A DNA stretch of 63,838 nt, filler included, from an uncultured Methanosarcinales archaeon (GTDB taxonomy: Archaea > Nanobdellota > Nanobdellia > Woesearchaeales > UBA12501), in the NCBI GenBank assembly GCA_964397315.1. It is 3 parts of 3 records of this genome, joined end to end, with 100 filler letters (N's around TTAATTAATTAA, not from the genome) between each part and the next. Parts side by side here need not be neighbours in the genome. Positions count along the whole stretch, not along the records: positions 1 to 27,201 come from CAYNHV010000003.1; 2 more parts are not named here. One strand, given 5' to 3'. The notes beneath the pieces were generated by a model. That model made no database searches, had not been told where the DNA came from, and saw nothing but the letters and a program-made list of their open reading frames with translations. Every line of letters begins with the position of its first letter. The first letter of the stretch is position 1. The position numbers and the translations under genes were made by a program. Shown here in pieces: positions 9,396 to 19,095 of the stretch.

Positions 9396-11086
9396 AATTC
9401 TGCATTGTCGGCGGAAGGGGAAGAATGGGAAGGCTTTTTGAAAAGATCTTCACAAGCAAGGGCCACGAGGTCTCAATCATAGGGAGGGGAAATTATGAGG
9501 AGCTGAAAAAGAAAGTCAATGATGCTGACATAACAATAATATCTGTACCTCTCAGCTCTGCCAGTGAGGTGGTAAGGGACATCGCAGGAGTCATAAGCAG
9601 TGAGAAGCTGGCTGTGGACTTCTCCTCTGTGATGAAAGGAAATCTTGATGCAATGAGATCCATGCCCTGTCCCTGCGCTTTTGTTCACCCTCTTTTCGGC
9701 CCGGACATAGACAGCCTAAAAAACCTTAATTTCATCACAGTTCCAGTGAGAAAAGGCGGCCGCCTTGAATGGTTCCTCAATTTTCTCAGAGAGGAGGACT
9801 CAAAAATAATACACTCAACAGTAGAAGAGCACGACAGGATTATGGCCCTGGTGCAGGGGTTAGCGCATTTTACAAGCATACTATTCGCAAAAACCCTCAT
9901 AAATAAATCGCCTGAAGAAGGAAAGGCAGAAGAGTTTTCCACCACATTATTCAGGCTTAAAAAAAATGTTCTTTGGAAGATATTCTCCCAGTCTTCTGAC
10001 ATGATAGCCAACATACAATTCAAGAATGATGAATTCCGGGAACTCCTGAAGAGCCACAGGAAGGATTTTGAAGAGCTTTATGATATAGTGATCCATAAGG
10101 ATAAAGAAGCTTTCGGAAGGATATTCAAGGAGATTGCCGGGAGACTGCAGTCAAAAAGAATGTCGAGAAGAGTAAGAGTCAAGAAACCTGTAAGGAATTG
10201 GGATAAGGAAGCTATAGCTGTGCTGGGGCCTGCAGGAAGCTTTACTGACGCTGCTTACGAGTTTTATCTCCAGAAGGCGGGGGGCAGCAGGAAGAAGGTA
10301 TTTGTAGATACAATACCTGGGATAATCATCGCTGTAAAGGAAGACAGGGTGAAGAAAGGAGTCATCCCCATAGAAAACTCACTGCAGGGAACAATAACAG
10401 AAACACTCGACGGGATAAGCCAGAATAATCTCAAGATAGAAAAAGAGATAATACTCCCTGTACATCACTGCTGCGCCGCATTGTCCAGGAATCCTCCTGT
10501 TGAAAGGCTGTTCTCGCATCCCCAGGCATTCCTGCAGTGCTCAAGGTTCATAAGAGAAAACTATCCTGAGGCAAAGGAAATAAGCACTTTAAGCACTTCA
10601 GAAGCTTTCCAGATCATAAAGGAGAATGAGCTTAATGATTCCCTTGCCATAGGACCTGAGATAGCGGCTGAGAAATACGGCTTAAAGATAGTCAAAAGAG
10701 ATATAGAAGACGAGAAAAACAACAAGACAAAGTTTGTGGCGGTATCCAAAAACAGCTGTAAAGACAGGGGGGCCAGCGGCGGAAATCTTAAGACAAGCAT
10801 AGCAGTGTATCCCTTTCATGAGAGGCAGGGAATCCTCTTCAAACTGCTGAGTTTTTTCAACGATGAGAAAATAAACCTCACTAAAATAGAATCAAGACCC
10901 ATGAAGGATGAGTTGGGAAGATACATATTTTATATTGATCTTGACGGCAGCGTCACAGATGAGGGGGTTAAAAGATCCCTTGCAGGCATTCGGAAAGAGG
11001 TTGGAGAAGTGAAAATGATGGGCTGTTACGGAATGATTGTATGCAGCAGGGATGACCTGCAAAAACAGGCTGAAAGAGGCCATTAA
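9392..11086 (+). CDS. tyrA-pheA: Prephenate dehydrogenase / prephenate dehydratase-ACT fusion (TyrA-PheA)
   Basis: N-terminal GGRGRMG, HPLFGP, EHDRIMALVQGLAH; C-terminal LGPAGSFT, PIENS, SHPQAFLQC, NLTKIESRP. The ATG at 9392 overlaps the aroA stop. Confidence 0.93.
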   Translation: MKFCIVGGRGRMGRLFEKIFTSKGHEVSIIGRGNYEELKKKVNDADITIISVPLSSASEVVRDIAGVISSEKLAVDFSSVMKGNLDAMRSMPCPCAFVHPLFGPDIDSLKNLNFITVPVRKGGRLEWFLNFLREEDSKIIHSTVEEHDRIMALVQGLAHFTSILFAKTLINKSPEEGKAEEFSTTLFRLKKNVLWKIFSQSSDMIANIQFKNDEFRELLKSHRKDFEELYDIVIHKDKEAFGRIFKEIAGRLQSKRMSRRVRVKKPVRNWDKEAIAVLGPAGSFTDAAYEFYLQKAGGSRKKVFVDTIPGIIIAVKEDRVKKGVIPIENSLQGTITETLDGISQNNLKIEKEIILPVHHCCAALSRNPPVERLFSHPQAFLQCSRFIRENYPEAKEISTLSTSEAFQIIKENELNDSLAIGPEIAAEKYGLKIVKRDIEDEKNNKTKFVAVSKNSCKDRGASGGNLKTSIAVYPFHERQGILFKLLSFFNDEKINLTKIESRPMKDELGRYIFYIDLDGSVTDEGVKRSLAGIRKEVGEVKMMGCYGMIVCSRDDLQKQAERGH

Positions 11087-11107
11087 AAAAGCTGAGAAGT
11101 GGTATTC

Positions 11108-12238
11108 ATGACAAGAAGACTGGACAGGATAAAAGAATCAGGGATAAGGAAAATATTTGACAATGCTGCAGGCATGAGCGAGGTTGTCAATCTTAGCATA
11201 GGCCAGCCTGACTTTGAAGTGCCTGAGGATGTTAAGAAAAGCATGAATAAGGCGCTTATTGAAGGGAAGACAAGATACACTCCCTCTGCAGGGATTAAAG
11301 AGCTGAGGAACAAGATACTTGAGAAGTACCGCGGAAGGAGCTTCGCGGAGTCAGCGCTTGTCACTGCAGGAGTCACCTCAGGCATTTTTCTTGCTTACTC
11401 TGCCCTGCTTGAGGAAGGGGATGAGCTTATAATCCTTGAACCATATTTCGTAGTATACCCTGATCTTTGCAGTTTCCTTGGCGCGAAGCCTGTGATAGTG
11501 GAGACCAATGAGGACTTCAGCATTAATCCTGAAATGTTAAGAAAGGCTGTCACCAGCAGGACAAAAGCGATAATGGTGAATACGCCATGTAACCCTTCAG
11601 GCAAGGTATTCTCAAGACAGGAGATGAATCTAATAGCGGAAATAGCAGAAGAACACTCCCTATGGATAATATCGGATGAAGTCTACGAGATATTTGATTA
11701 TGAGGGGAAGTTCACGAGTGCAGGGGATGTTTACGAGAAAGCAATAATCCTCAACGGTTTCTCAAAAAGCCATGCAATGACAGGCTTGAGGTTGGGATAC
11801 GCTGTGGGGCCGAAGCAGGTGATAGATTCAATGGTGAAGCTGCACCAGTACACCTTCGTGTGCGCGCCAAGTATTGCCCAGTATGCTGTTGCAGAGAATT
11901 TTGACGTTTGCATTGATGATGAGATAAAAAAACTCAAGGAAAAAAGAGACTACATATTCAACAGACTCAGAAACCATTTTGAGGTTGGGATGCCTGAAGG
12001 GGCTTTTTATTTATTCATTAAGCTGCCTCATGGCATTGACGGTGATTACTTTGTGCAGGAATGCCTTAACAAAGGCCTGCTTGTGGTCCCCGGCGCATCC
12101 TTCGGAAAAAGCGATTGCGTTAGAGTATCCTATGCAGCAGAAGAAGGGGCTTTAAGGGAAGGAGCAGACATTCTCATAAAGGTGGTTCAGAGAATTAATG
12201 ATAAGAATGAGTCGCCTGAAAGGGAATGGAAAAAATGA
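11108..12238 (+). CDS. Class I/II PLP aminotransferase (probably aromatic/aspartate)
   Basis: GQPDF, NTPCNPSG, SDEVY, GFSKSHAMTGLRLGY; last gene of the aro operon. Confidence 0.93.
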   Translation: MTRRLDRIKESGIRKIFDNAAGMSEVVNLSIGQPDFEVPEDVKKSMNKALIEGKTRYTPSAGIKELRNKILEKYRGRSFAESALVTAGVTSGIFLAYSALLEEGDELIILEPYFVVYPDLCSFLGAKPVIVETNEDFSINPEMLRKAVTSRTKAIMVNTPCNPSGKVFSRQEMNLIAEIAEEHSLWIISDEVYEIFDYEGKFTSAGDVYEKAIILNGFSKSHAMTGLRLGYAVGPKQVIDSMVKLHQYTFVCAPSIAQYAVAENFDVCIDDEIKKLKEKRDYIFNRLRNHFEVGMPEGAFYLFIKLPHGIDGDYFVQECLNKGLLVVPGASFGKSDCVRVSYAAEEGALREGADILIKVVQRINDKNESPEREWKK

Positions 12239-12298
12239 GTTGCAGCGCTGGCTGAGCTGCTGAACTGATTAAAAAGGGGTTTCTTGGTTAGCGGAATG

Positions 12299-12474
12299 TT
12301 ATTGAAAATGGCGCAAAGCCATTTTCCAGTGGGTTCAATACCTCGCACTTTAGTGCGAATGCGCCATTTTCAAGACTAAAAATTTGACCATCTAAAATGC
12401 AATTCCGAGAATACCCCAACCTTTAGGTTGGGGATAGGAATTGCTTATAAGATAATGGTCAAATTTTTATTATT
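12299..12474. mobile_element. Hairpin-rich MITE/PATE-like element, family A, copy 1
   Basis: Inverted repeats TTGAAAATGGCGCA...TGCGCCATTTTCAA (12302-12373), then a nested palindrome AAAAATTTGACCAT..GCAATTCC..CCCCAACC TTTA GGTTGGGG..GGAATTGC..ATGGTCAAATTTTT. Confidence 0.7.
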
Positions 12475-13050
12475 GTGGTGGATAATATGGATGATACTAT
12501 TGCAGGCGTGAAATCAAAACCAGAAGAGAATACCCTATCTCTATCAAAAGAGCTCTTGTCAGAAAACCTGCCCGAATTATATCATTGCGGGAGGTGTGGA
12601 CTTTGCTGCACTACGTTCTATTCAGGGGGTCCCAGCCTGAACAAAGGAGATCTCAGCAGGGTGGTAGGTAAGCTTGCGAAAGAAGGTCTTAATAAAGAAG
12701 CCGAATACGCAAAAAAATATTGGGAGCTCCCGACTCAGGAGGGAAACCCTCTTGAGAGAGCCTGTAGCGCCTATGATTCCCAGGAATCCAGCTGTAGGAT
12801 ACACTCAGCCAAACCTGATGTGTGTTTACTTTCACCGAACCATCTGTTTTTAGGAGATGATAATATCCTACTAGTGGCTCACTTTTATGGTAATAGCTCC
12901 TGCAGGAGAGGTATGAGGGTGAGGGAGCTTAAAGGAGCAGTGGAGAGCCTCAGACCTGTTTTCCTTGATGAACTGGGAATGGATTTCAGCCTTAGAGTAG
13001 TATATCCTGTTGAGAACAGGGCCTGCAGATTCTTTGAGGAGGAGCCCTGA
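12475..13050 (+). CDS. YkgJ-family Zn/Fe-chelating cysteine-cluster protein
   Basis: CGRCGLCC...C...CRIHSAKPDVC. Confidence 0.8.
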   Translation: MVDNMDDTIAGVKSKPEENTLSLSKELLSENLPELYHCGRCGLCCTTFYSGGPSLNKGDLSRVVGKLAKEGLNKEAEYAKKYWELPTQEGNPLERACSAYDSQESSCRIHSAKPDVCLLSPNHLFLGDDNILLVAHFYGNSSCRRGMRVRELKGAVESLRPVFLDELGMDFSLRVVYPVENRACRFFEEEP

Positions 13051-13075
13051 CTAATAATCATCCTTATCCCTGATT

Positions 13076-13356
13076 TTATTGAAAATGGTGCAAAGCCATT
13101 TTCATATGGGTTTAATATCCCGCAAACAGAAAATACTTCGTATTTTCTTAGTTCCAAAACCTTTGGTTTTGAAACCTTTAGTGCGTCTGCACCATGCTCA
13201 AAAATGCCTTGCATTTTTGGCACCCCAGAAATTTTCAATTTCTGAGGGTTTTCAAGACTAAAAATTTGACCATCTAAAATGCAATTCCGAGAATACCCCA
13301 ACCTTTAGGTTGGGGATAGGAATTGCTTATAAGATAATGGTCAAATTTTTATTATT
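13076..13356. mobile_element. Hairpin-rich MITE/PATE-like element, family A, copy 2 (expanded)
   Basis: 13249-13356 is identical by eye to 12367-12474 (108 bp). Same left end, with four extra hairpins inserted. Confidence 0.75.
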
Positions 13357-13483
13357 CCGCCAATAAAAGCCACTTTCCTGTCATTGCTGCAGGAAACTGA
13401 TTTTTACAGCAGCGCAGCTGACTTTACTATTGAAACCAGCCCTCGCCCCATTAAGGTTATAATGATATATCAATGCCTGCCTA

Positions 13484-14152
13484 TCAGCCATGAGTTGATT
13501 CTGGAGATTCCCTCAGGCATCCGCCCAATCTTTTTATTATCTCATATGCCTTCATGACATAATCCTCCTTAACATAAATCAGCAGCTCTGGCGAGGCTGT
13601 CAGTAATTCTGTGATTATCACGTCATTCAGCAGGAGTTCTCTTGTCACAGTAGATAATATGCCTTTCACCAGAGGGGCTTTTTCAGGAAAGGTCAAGCTT
13701 ATTTCTGATATGCTTTCCATTCTCCTCTTAAGCCTGAAATTGTCAAATATCCTCTGCAGCACCCTCTCATTTTCAGTATCTATGAAGACCTTTATTGAGG
13801 ATGACCCCATCACTATCTTCAGAGTGTCCCCCTTATCATAATCAGTATGGGAGATCACCTTCTGAAGCTCATTCAGAAGCCTCTTGTTTTTTTCAAAATC
13901 AAGTATGCTGATGCCATCCCTTATCCTGACTTTAACGCTCTTGAATACATCTTCTGGATCAGGTTCTGACTGGCTGAAAGGGTATCTTCTCAGCATGGCG
14001 ATTACAGCTTCAAGTTGTTCCTTCCCTGCCACTCCCTCTCTTATCAGGTGTCTTGCAAGGCTTCTTCTGTTTATCAGGCCTTTCTGATAGCATTTTTCTA
14101 TCTCAGGGTGCTTTCCCAAAAAATACCTAAAATTTTGTTCTATTTGTGACAT
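13484..14152 (-). CDS. Archaeal amino-acid-biosynthesis regulator-like protein (N-terminal HTH-like, C-terminal ACT-like)
   Basis: HPEIEKCYQKGLINRRSLARHL...EAVIAMLRR and KGILSTVTRELLLNDVIITELLTASPELLIYV; divergent from trpE. Confidence 0.7.
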   Translation of the reverse strand: MSQIEQNFRYFLGKHPEIEKCYQKGLINRRSLARHLIREGVAGKEQLEAVIAMLRRYPFSQSEPDPEDVFKSVKVRIRDGISILDFEKNKRLLNELQKVISHTDYDKGDTLKIVMGSSSIKVFIDTENERVLQRIFDNFRLKRRMESISEISLTFPEKAPLVKGILSTVTRELLLNDVIITELLTASPELLIYVKEDYVMKAYEIIKRLGGCLRESPESTHG

Positions 14153-14342
14153 AAGATAGTGTGATGTGACTTTATTTAATAAATTTTTCTATTTAAGACA
14201 TAATCTTTATATAACCGCGCATTATTATGGGGCAATACCTTAAAGAACCCTAAAGATACCTTAAACCATGGTAAACTAAAAGAGTGAAGCAAAATGGCTC
14301 AACCCTCAAAAAGCTTAAACAACATGACAGGTAATGTGAGAT

Positions 14343-16004
14343 ATGGCAAAGGGATGTGTGCGTGGCAAAAGCAGCATCCAGAATCGCAGCAGTTATAAAA
14401 CCGGCTCAGCAACAAAAGGAAATGAACAAAGTTGTGGGGGGAACACCCATACTAATCATCACTGCCTCAGCTATAATGCCAGCTGCAGTAAAAAGGGGAA
14501 TTATAAGGTTGAATCTTTCAAAGACAGGAAACAAGAATTCTTGAAAATAAATGAGAAAAGAAAAAAGATAACCTATCAGGATCCCTTTGACCTTTATCTG
14601 AGGCTTACCTCAGGAGGAAACAACATAAGCCTCCTCATGGAGTCAAGAATAATAAGTCTTAACTATGGGAAGCAGAGCATAATAGTTCCTGATCCTGCTG
14701 TGATGATAAGAGGAAAAGGAAATCTATTCACCATAAAAGCACTCAACAAAGGGGGAAAACGCATTCTAGCTTCATTTGACAGGAAGGATTTTGATTATAC
14801 AGGGGATTATTCCCAAAAACCGTCTCTCATAGAGGGGAGGGTAAAAAAAGAGAGAATAAGGGACGCAACACCCGAACAGAGGATGAGACAGAAGAACCTG
14901 TCCAGTGTGATAAGGACTGTGCTGGGAAAGTTCAGTTCAGGGAGCCCCTATGCGGGGTTATACGGCGCTCTCTCTTATGATTTTGCACGCAACTTTTACA
15001 GCATTAAGGAAATGCATGGGAATGAAGATGATGATTTCGTGTTGTTCATTCCCTCCAGGGTCGTGGTTTTAGATGATATAAAGCATGAGGCTGAGATTAT
15101 TGAGTTTTGTATCGGTGATAATAACATCCAGTCAACTCCAGTGACAGGATTCAGCCTTAAGCAACCATTCAAGCAAGCCGCTGAACCATCTTCTGTTGCT
15201 TATGATATGAGCGAATCAGAATTTGAATCAAGAGTTTCTGACATAATAAGAGAGATAAAGGCTGGAAGGGCAATTCAGTGTGTCTTCTCAAGAAAAGAAG
15301 AGGTACCCCTCAAAAAACACCCTGCTGAATCATACAGTAAACTCCGGGAGAGAACGCCCTCCCCCTACTCATTCTATTATAACCTGGGTGGAGGAGAGAT
15401 CCTTTATGGGGCTTCTCCTGAGATGCATATCACAGTCAGCGGCAGAACCATAGAAATCAGGCCGATAGCAGGAACTGTCAAGAGATCAGACAATCCCCTT
15501 GAGGACGCAAGAGCAAGAATCAGCCTGCAGACCGACGAGAAAGAGCTCAGGGAGCACACAATGTTGGTTGATCTGGCAAGGCATGAGCTTTACACTCTCT
15601 CAGAGCCCACAAGTCTAAAGATAAATGATCTTTTCAGCGTAGAAGAATATCCAAACCTTTATCATCTTGTTTCTGGAATACAGGCACAACTCAGGGATGG
15701 AGTCAGTGCAGTGGATGCGCTGTTAGTGACGCTTCCCGCAGGCACGCTTTGCGGAGCTCCCAAGATGGAAGCAATGCGTATGATAGATGAGTATGAAGCC
15801 TCATCAAGAGGATTCTATGGGGGTGCTGTTGGATTGTTGAGCTTTAATGGAGATTGCAATACTGGAATAACCATAAGATCTGTTCATGTCAAAGGTCAAA
15901 GGTCCATAGTCAGAGCGGGGGCTGGAATAATAAGCCTTTCAGATCCATCTTCAGAGCTTCAGGAGACAAAGCTAAAGATGGAGAAAACGCTGGAGGTACT
16001 ATAA
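14343..16004 (+). CDS. trpE: Anthranilate synthase component I (true start probably downstream, e.g. TTG 14541)
   Basis: LLMES, GALSYD, TPSPYSFY, GASPE, PIAGT, KELREHTMLVDLAR, PAGTLCGAPK, YGGAVG, AGAGI. Confidence 0.93.
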   Translation: MAKGCVRGKSSIQNRSSYKTGSATKGNEQSCGGNTHTNHHCLSYNASCSKKGNYKVESFKDRKQEFLKINEKRKKITYQDPFDLYLRLTSGGNNISLLMESRIISLNYGKQSIIVPDPAVMIRGKGNLFTIKALNKGGKRILASFDRKDFDYTGDYSQKPSLIEGRVKKERIRDATPEQRMRQKNLSSVIRTVLGKFSSGSPYAGLYGALSYDFARNFYSIKEMHGNEDDDFVLFIPSRVVVLDDIKHEAEIIEFCIGDNNIQSTPVTGFSLKQPFKQAAEPSSVAYDMSESEFESRVSDIIREIKAGRAIQCVFSRKEEVPLKKHPAESYSKLRERTPSPYSFYYNLGGGEILYGASPEMHITVSGRTIEIRPIAGTVKRSDNPLEDARARISLQTDEKELREHTMLVDLARHELYTLSEPTSLKINDLFSVEEYPNLYHLVSGIQAQLRDGVSAVDALLVTLPAGTLCGAPKMEAMRMIDEYEASSRGFYGGAVGLLSFNGDCNTGITIRSVHVKGQRSIVRAGAGIISLSDPSSELQETKLKMEKTLEVL

Positions 16005-16630
16005 TGAAAGGATTTAACCAACCAGGGAGGGTTGAAAACAAAAAGGGCCATGAATATCACAGAAAGGTTGTATATGTGGATCACTATGATTCATTCGCTA
16101 ATACGATTGCTGCCTATTTCACAAGAGAAGGTGCTGAGGTGGTTATGTACGGAAGCGACTGCTCACTAAATGCGATTGAGGGTGAATCCCCCTCTCTGAT
16201 TGTTCTGGGTCCTGGTCCAAATGGACCTGCGGAGGCAGGCAATTATCTGAGGGTGATAAGAAGGTTTAACCGAAAAGTGCCTATTTTCGGCATCTGCCTG
16301 GGGTTCCAGGCTCTGATGGAATCCTTTGGGGGTAGCGTACGGCCGTTGGACAATGTACTGCATGGCGCTACAAGCAAAATAAGGCATGATAAAAAGGGAA
16401 TATTCAGTGATATAAGCCAGGACGCAGAGTTTGCCAGATATCATTCCCTGGGGGTGAGAAAAGTGCCCTCATGCTTTGAAATATCAGCCGCATCCGATGG
16501 TGTTGTGATGGCCGCCAGACATAAGAGTCTTCCCCTTGAAGGGGTGCAGTTCCATCCTGAATCAATACTTTCAATGCAGGACAATTCGGGATTGAAACTG
16601 ATAAGCAATGTTGTGAGATGTATGTTGTGA
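16004..16630 (+). CDS. trpG: Anthranilate synthase component II (glutamine amidotransferase)
   Basis: DHYDSF, GPGP, GICLG, RYHSL, GVQFHPES. The ATG overlaps the trpE stop. Confidence 0.95.
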   Translation: MKGFNQPGRVENKKGHEYHRKVVYVDHYDSFANTIAAYFTREGAEVVMYGSDCSLNAIEGESPSLIVLGPGPNGPAEAGNYLRVIRRFNRKVPIFGICLGFQALMESFGGSVRPLDNVLHGATSKIRHDKKGIFSDISQDAEFARYHSLGVRKVPSCFEISAASDGVVMAARHKSLPLEGVQFHPESILSMQDNSGLKLISNVVRCML

Positions 16631-16642
16631 GGTGTTTGAATC

Positions 16643-17647
16643 ATGGAATACAACAGCATGATAAGGAAATTGATAAGAGGGATGCCCCTCAACGAAAAGG
16701 ATATTAAATGCATAGTGGACTCAATAGACAAGAGGGATTTTGATGAGGTGCAGCTTTCGGCCTTGCTCTGCTCCATGGAATCCAAGGGGCACACTTCTGA
16801 GGAAGTTTGTTATTTTACTAGACAGCTCTTCAGAAAGGCGGTCACTGTTGATCTTGGAGAAGGATGCGTTGATGTATGCGGAACAGGCGGCGATCATAAA
16901 GGAACATTTAACATCTCAACAGCGTCAGTTTTTGTCATAGCAGGGGCAGGAGCCAGGGTAGCTAAACATGGTAACAAGGCAGTATCATCAGCAAGCGGGA
17001 GCTTTGATGCGCTTGCATCTCTGGGTATAGACATAGGAGCGGATCCTGACAAGTCTGTCAAATGCTTTAGAGAGACAGGAATAGCCTTCCTATATGCCCC
17101 TTACCATCATCCTGTTTTCAGGAACATAGCTCCTTTAAGGAAAAGGCTGGGTATCAGGACAATATTCAACATCACAGGTCCGCTCTTGAATCCGGCGGGC
17201 GTAAAAAATCAGCTGATTGGAGTTTTTGATCCCTCCCTCACCGATGTCGTGGCAGGGGCCATGAAAATGATGGGTGTAAACCGGGGAATGGTTGTTAATG
17301 GTGGAGGGCTTGACGAGATAACAATCACAGGCAGGACAAAGGCGACTGAGATAAGGGAGGGCAGGATAGTATCTCGCGGAATCCATCCTCAGGATTACGG
17401 CATGAAAATTGGCAGACTCTCAGACCTGAGAGTGCGGACAGGAGAGGAAAGCGCGGCAGTTATTGAGAGAGTGCTTAAGGGGGAGGCCTCGCCCAGGAGG
17501 GACATAGTCGTCCTCAACTCAGCAGCAGGAATATTGGTCAGCGGCTTGGCTGAGGACTTTGACAGTGCTGTCATGATGGCCAGAGATTCAATAGACTCAG
17601 GGAAAGCATTAGCTAAGCTGGAGAAGACAAGGGAGGTAATGAAATGA
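16643..17647 (+). CDS. trpD: Anthranilate phosphoribosyltransferase
   Basis: DVCGTGGD, FNIST, AKHGN, RTIFN..GPLLNP, GLDE. Confidence 0.97.
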   Translation: MEYNSMIRKLIRGMPLNEKDIKCIVDSIDKRDFDEVQLSALLCSMESKGHTSEEVCYFTRQLFRKAVTVDLGEGCVDVCGTGGDHKGTFNISTASVFVIAGAGARVAKHGNKAVSSASGSFDALASLGIDIGADPDKSVKCFRETGIAFLYAPYHHPVFRNIAPLRKRLGIRTIFNITGPLLNPAGVKNQLIGVFDPSLTDVVAGAMKMMGVNRGMVVNGGGLDEITITGRTKATEIREGRIVSRGIHPQDYGMKIGRLSDLRVRTGEESAAVIERVLKGEASPRRDIVVLNSAAGILVSGLAEDFDSAVMMARDSIDSGKALAKLEKTREVMK

Positions 17648-19095
17648 AAAAAGCAGCACTCAAAGATATAATTGAGAACAAGCGCAGAGAGGTGGCTCAT
17701 TCCAGAAGGAAACTCCCTCTGAAGAAAATGATGGCATCCCTAAACGGAAGCTGCTGCAGGAGAGACTTCCTTAAGGCGATTAAGGGAAGGCACAACATAA
17801 TCGCTGAGATAAAATTTAGATCACCCTCCCAATGCACTCTCCAAAGAAATACCCCTGAAAACATTAAGAAAATAATCTCCGCTTATGACACATACGCAAG
17901 CGCTCTGTCAATTGTTACAGACAAGAAATTCTTTGGAGGAAACCCTAAGCTCATAACAAAAGTGAAAAAGATGACTAGGACACCTGTTTTAAGGAAGGAT
18001 TTCATTATAGACCCTTACCAGATATATGAATCAGCATATTATGGCGCTGACGCGATTCTACTCATTGCGTCTCTGCTTTCTGAGAAAACCTTGAAAAGCA
18101 TGATTAGAACAGCAGGAAAGCTTGGCATGCACTGCATTGTTGAAACAAGCGCAGAGAAGGATGTAAGAAAGGCCATGAAGGCTGGAGCAAGGATAATAGG
18201 CATAAACAACAGGGATTTAAAGACAATGAAAGTGGATCTTAGGAGGACGCTAGAGCTTAAAGGAATTATTCCTCATGACAGGGTTGTTGTGTCAGAATCA
18301 GGGATACGAAACATGAATGACATACTGCTGCTGGATACCAACGCCGTCTTGGTGGGAACTTCTCTCCTGAAGGCGGGGAGTGTCCTCAAAAAAATAAGAT
18401 CTCTCCACAGGTGCAAGACAAAAATCTGCGGGATAAGGACATCAAAGGAAGCAGTGCATGCTGTTGAGGCAGGGGCTGATATCCTCGGATTTAACTTCTA
18501 TCCTGGAAGTCCCAGGTATGTGTCTCCCCGCACTGCCTCAAGAATCATATCCAAACTGCCCCCCACTGTTCAGGCAGCAGGAATATTTGTAAACAGCTCA
18601 GCAGAAGATATCATCTCTATAACAACCAAGACAGGAATAGACTTGGTTCAGCTGCACGGCAGAGAGAGCGAGAAAATGGGGGATAAGATGGAATCCCGCT
18701 TAATAAGGGTATGCAGGATAAGCAACAGGCATGATTTAGGGCAAAACCCATCCGCTCATTCAGAGAATCTATTTTGTAAAGGGCAAAGCACTAAATGTTA
18801 CGCGCTGCTGCTTGATACATACTCTCCCTCTCTATATGGTGGGACAGGAAACAGAATAAATCCCCAGCTTCTAAGAGACTTCTTTAGGGGAACATTTGGA
18901 GAGAGCAGCAATGATAGTGAATATTTATGCGCAGGCAGGAAAGTCATAATTGCAGGAGGACTCAATCCCTCTAATGTTAGGGAAGTTCTCTCATTCAGGC
19001 CTTTCTGTGTGGATGCCTGCTCAGGGGTTGAGTCCATCCCCGGCAGGAAAGATCCTCTCAAGGTGTCCAAATTCATCTCAGTGGTGAGATCATGA
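17644..19095 (+). CDS. trpCF: Bifunctional indole-3-glycerol-phosphate synthase / PRA isomerase
   Basis: IAEIKFRSPS, LRKDFI, GINNRDL, SESGI, followed by KICGI, SPRYV, VQLHG, GGTG, AGGLNP, DACSGVE. Confidence 0.95.
   Translation: MKKAALKDIIENKRREVAHSRRKLPLKKMMASLNGSCCRRDFLKAIKGRHNIIAEIKFRSPSQCTLQRNTPENIKKIISAYDTYASALSIVTDKKFFGGNPKLITKVKKMTRTPVLRKDFIIDPYQIYESAYYGADAILLIASLLSEKTLKSMIRTAGKLGMHCIVETSAEKDVRKAMKAGARIIGINNRDLKTMKVDLRRTLELKGIIPHDRVVVSESGIRNMNDILLLDTNAVLVGTSLLKAGSVLKKIRSLHRCKTKICGIRTSKEAVHAVEAGADILGFNFYPGSPRYVSPRTASRIISKLPPTVQAAGIFVNSSAEDIISITTKTGIDLVQLHGRESEKMGDKMESRLIRVCRISNRHDLGQNPSAHSENLFCKGQSTKCYALLLDTYSPSLYGGTGNRINPQLLRDFFRGTFGESSNDSEYLCAGRKVIIAGGLNPSNVREVLSFRPFCVDACSGVESIPGRKDPLKVSKFISVVRS

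Noticed and set aside
12885..13301. ORFs 12885..13301, 13079..13261, 26613..26921 and 26954..27253
   Set aside because: They are translations of the palindromic or dispersed repeats (e.g. ENGAKPFS) and have no protein features.
12299..13356. Possible CRISPR array in the palindromic repeats
   Set aside because: There are no regularly spaced 25-45 bp repeats with unique spacers and no cas genes.
14294..14398. Classical trp attenuator leader peptide
   Set aside because: It has only one Trp codon and no terminator/antiterminator hairpin with a U-tract that I can see.
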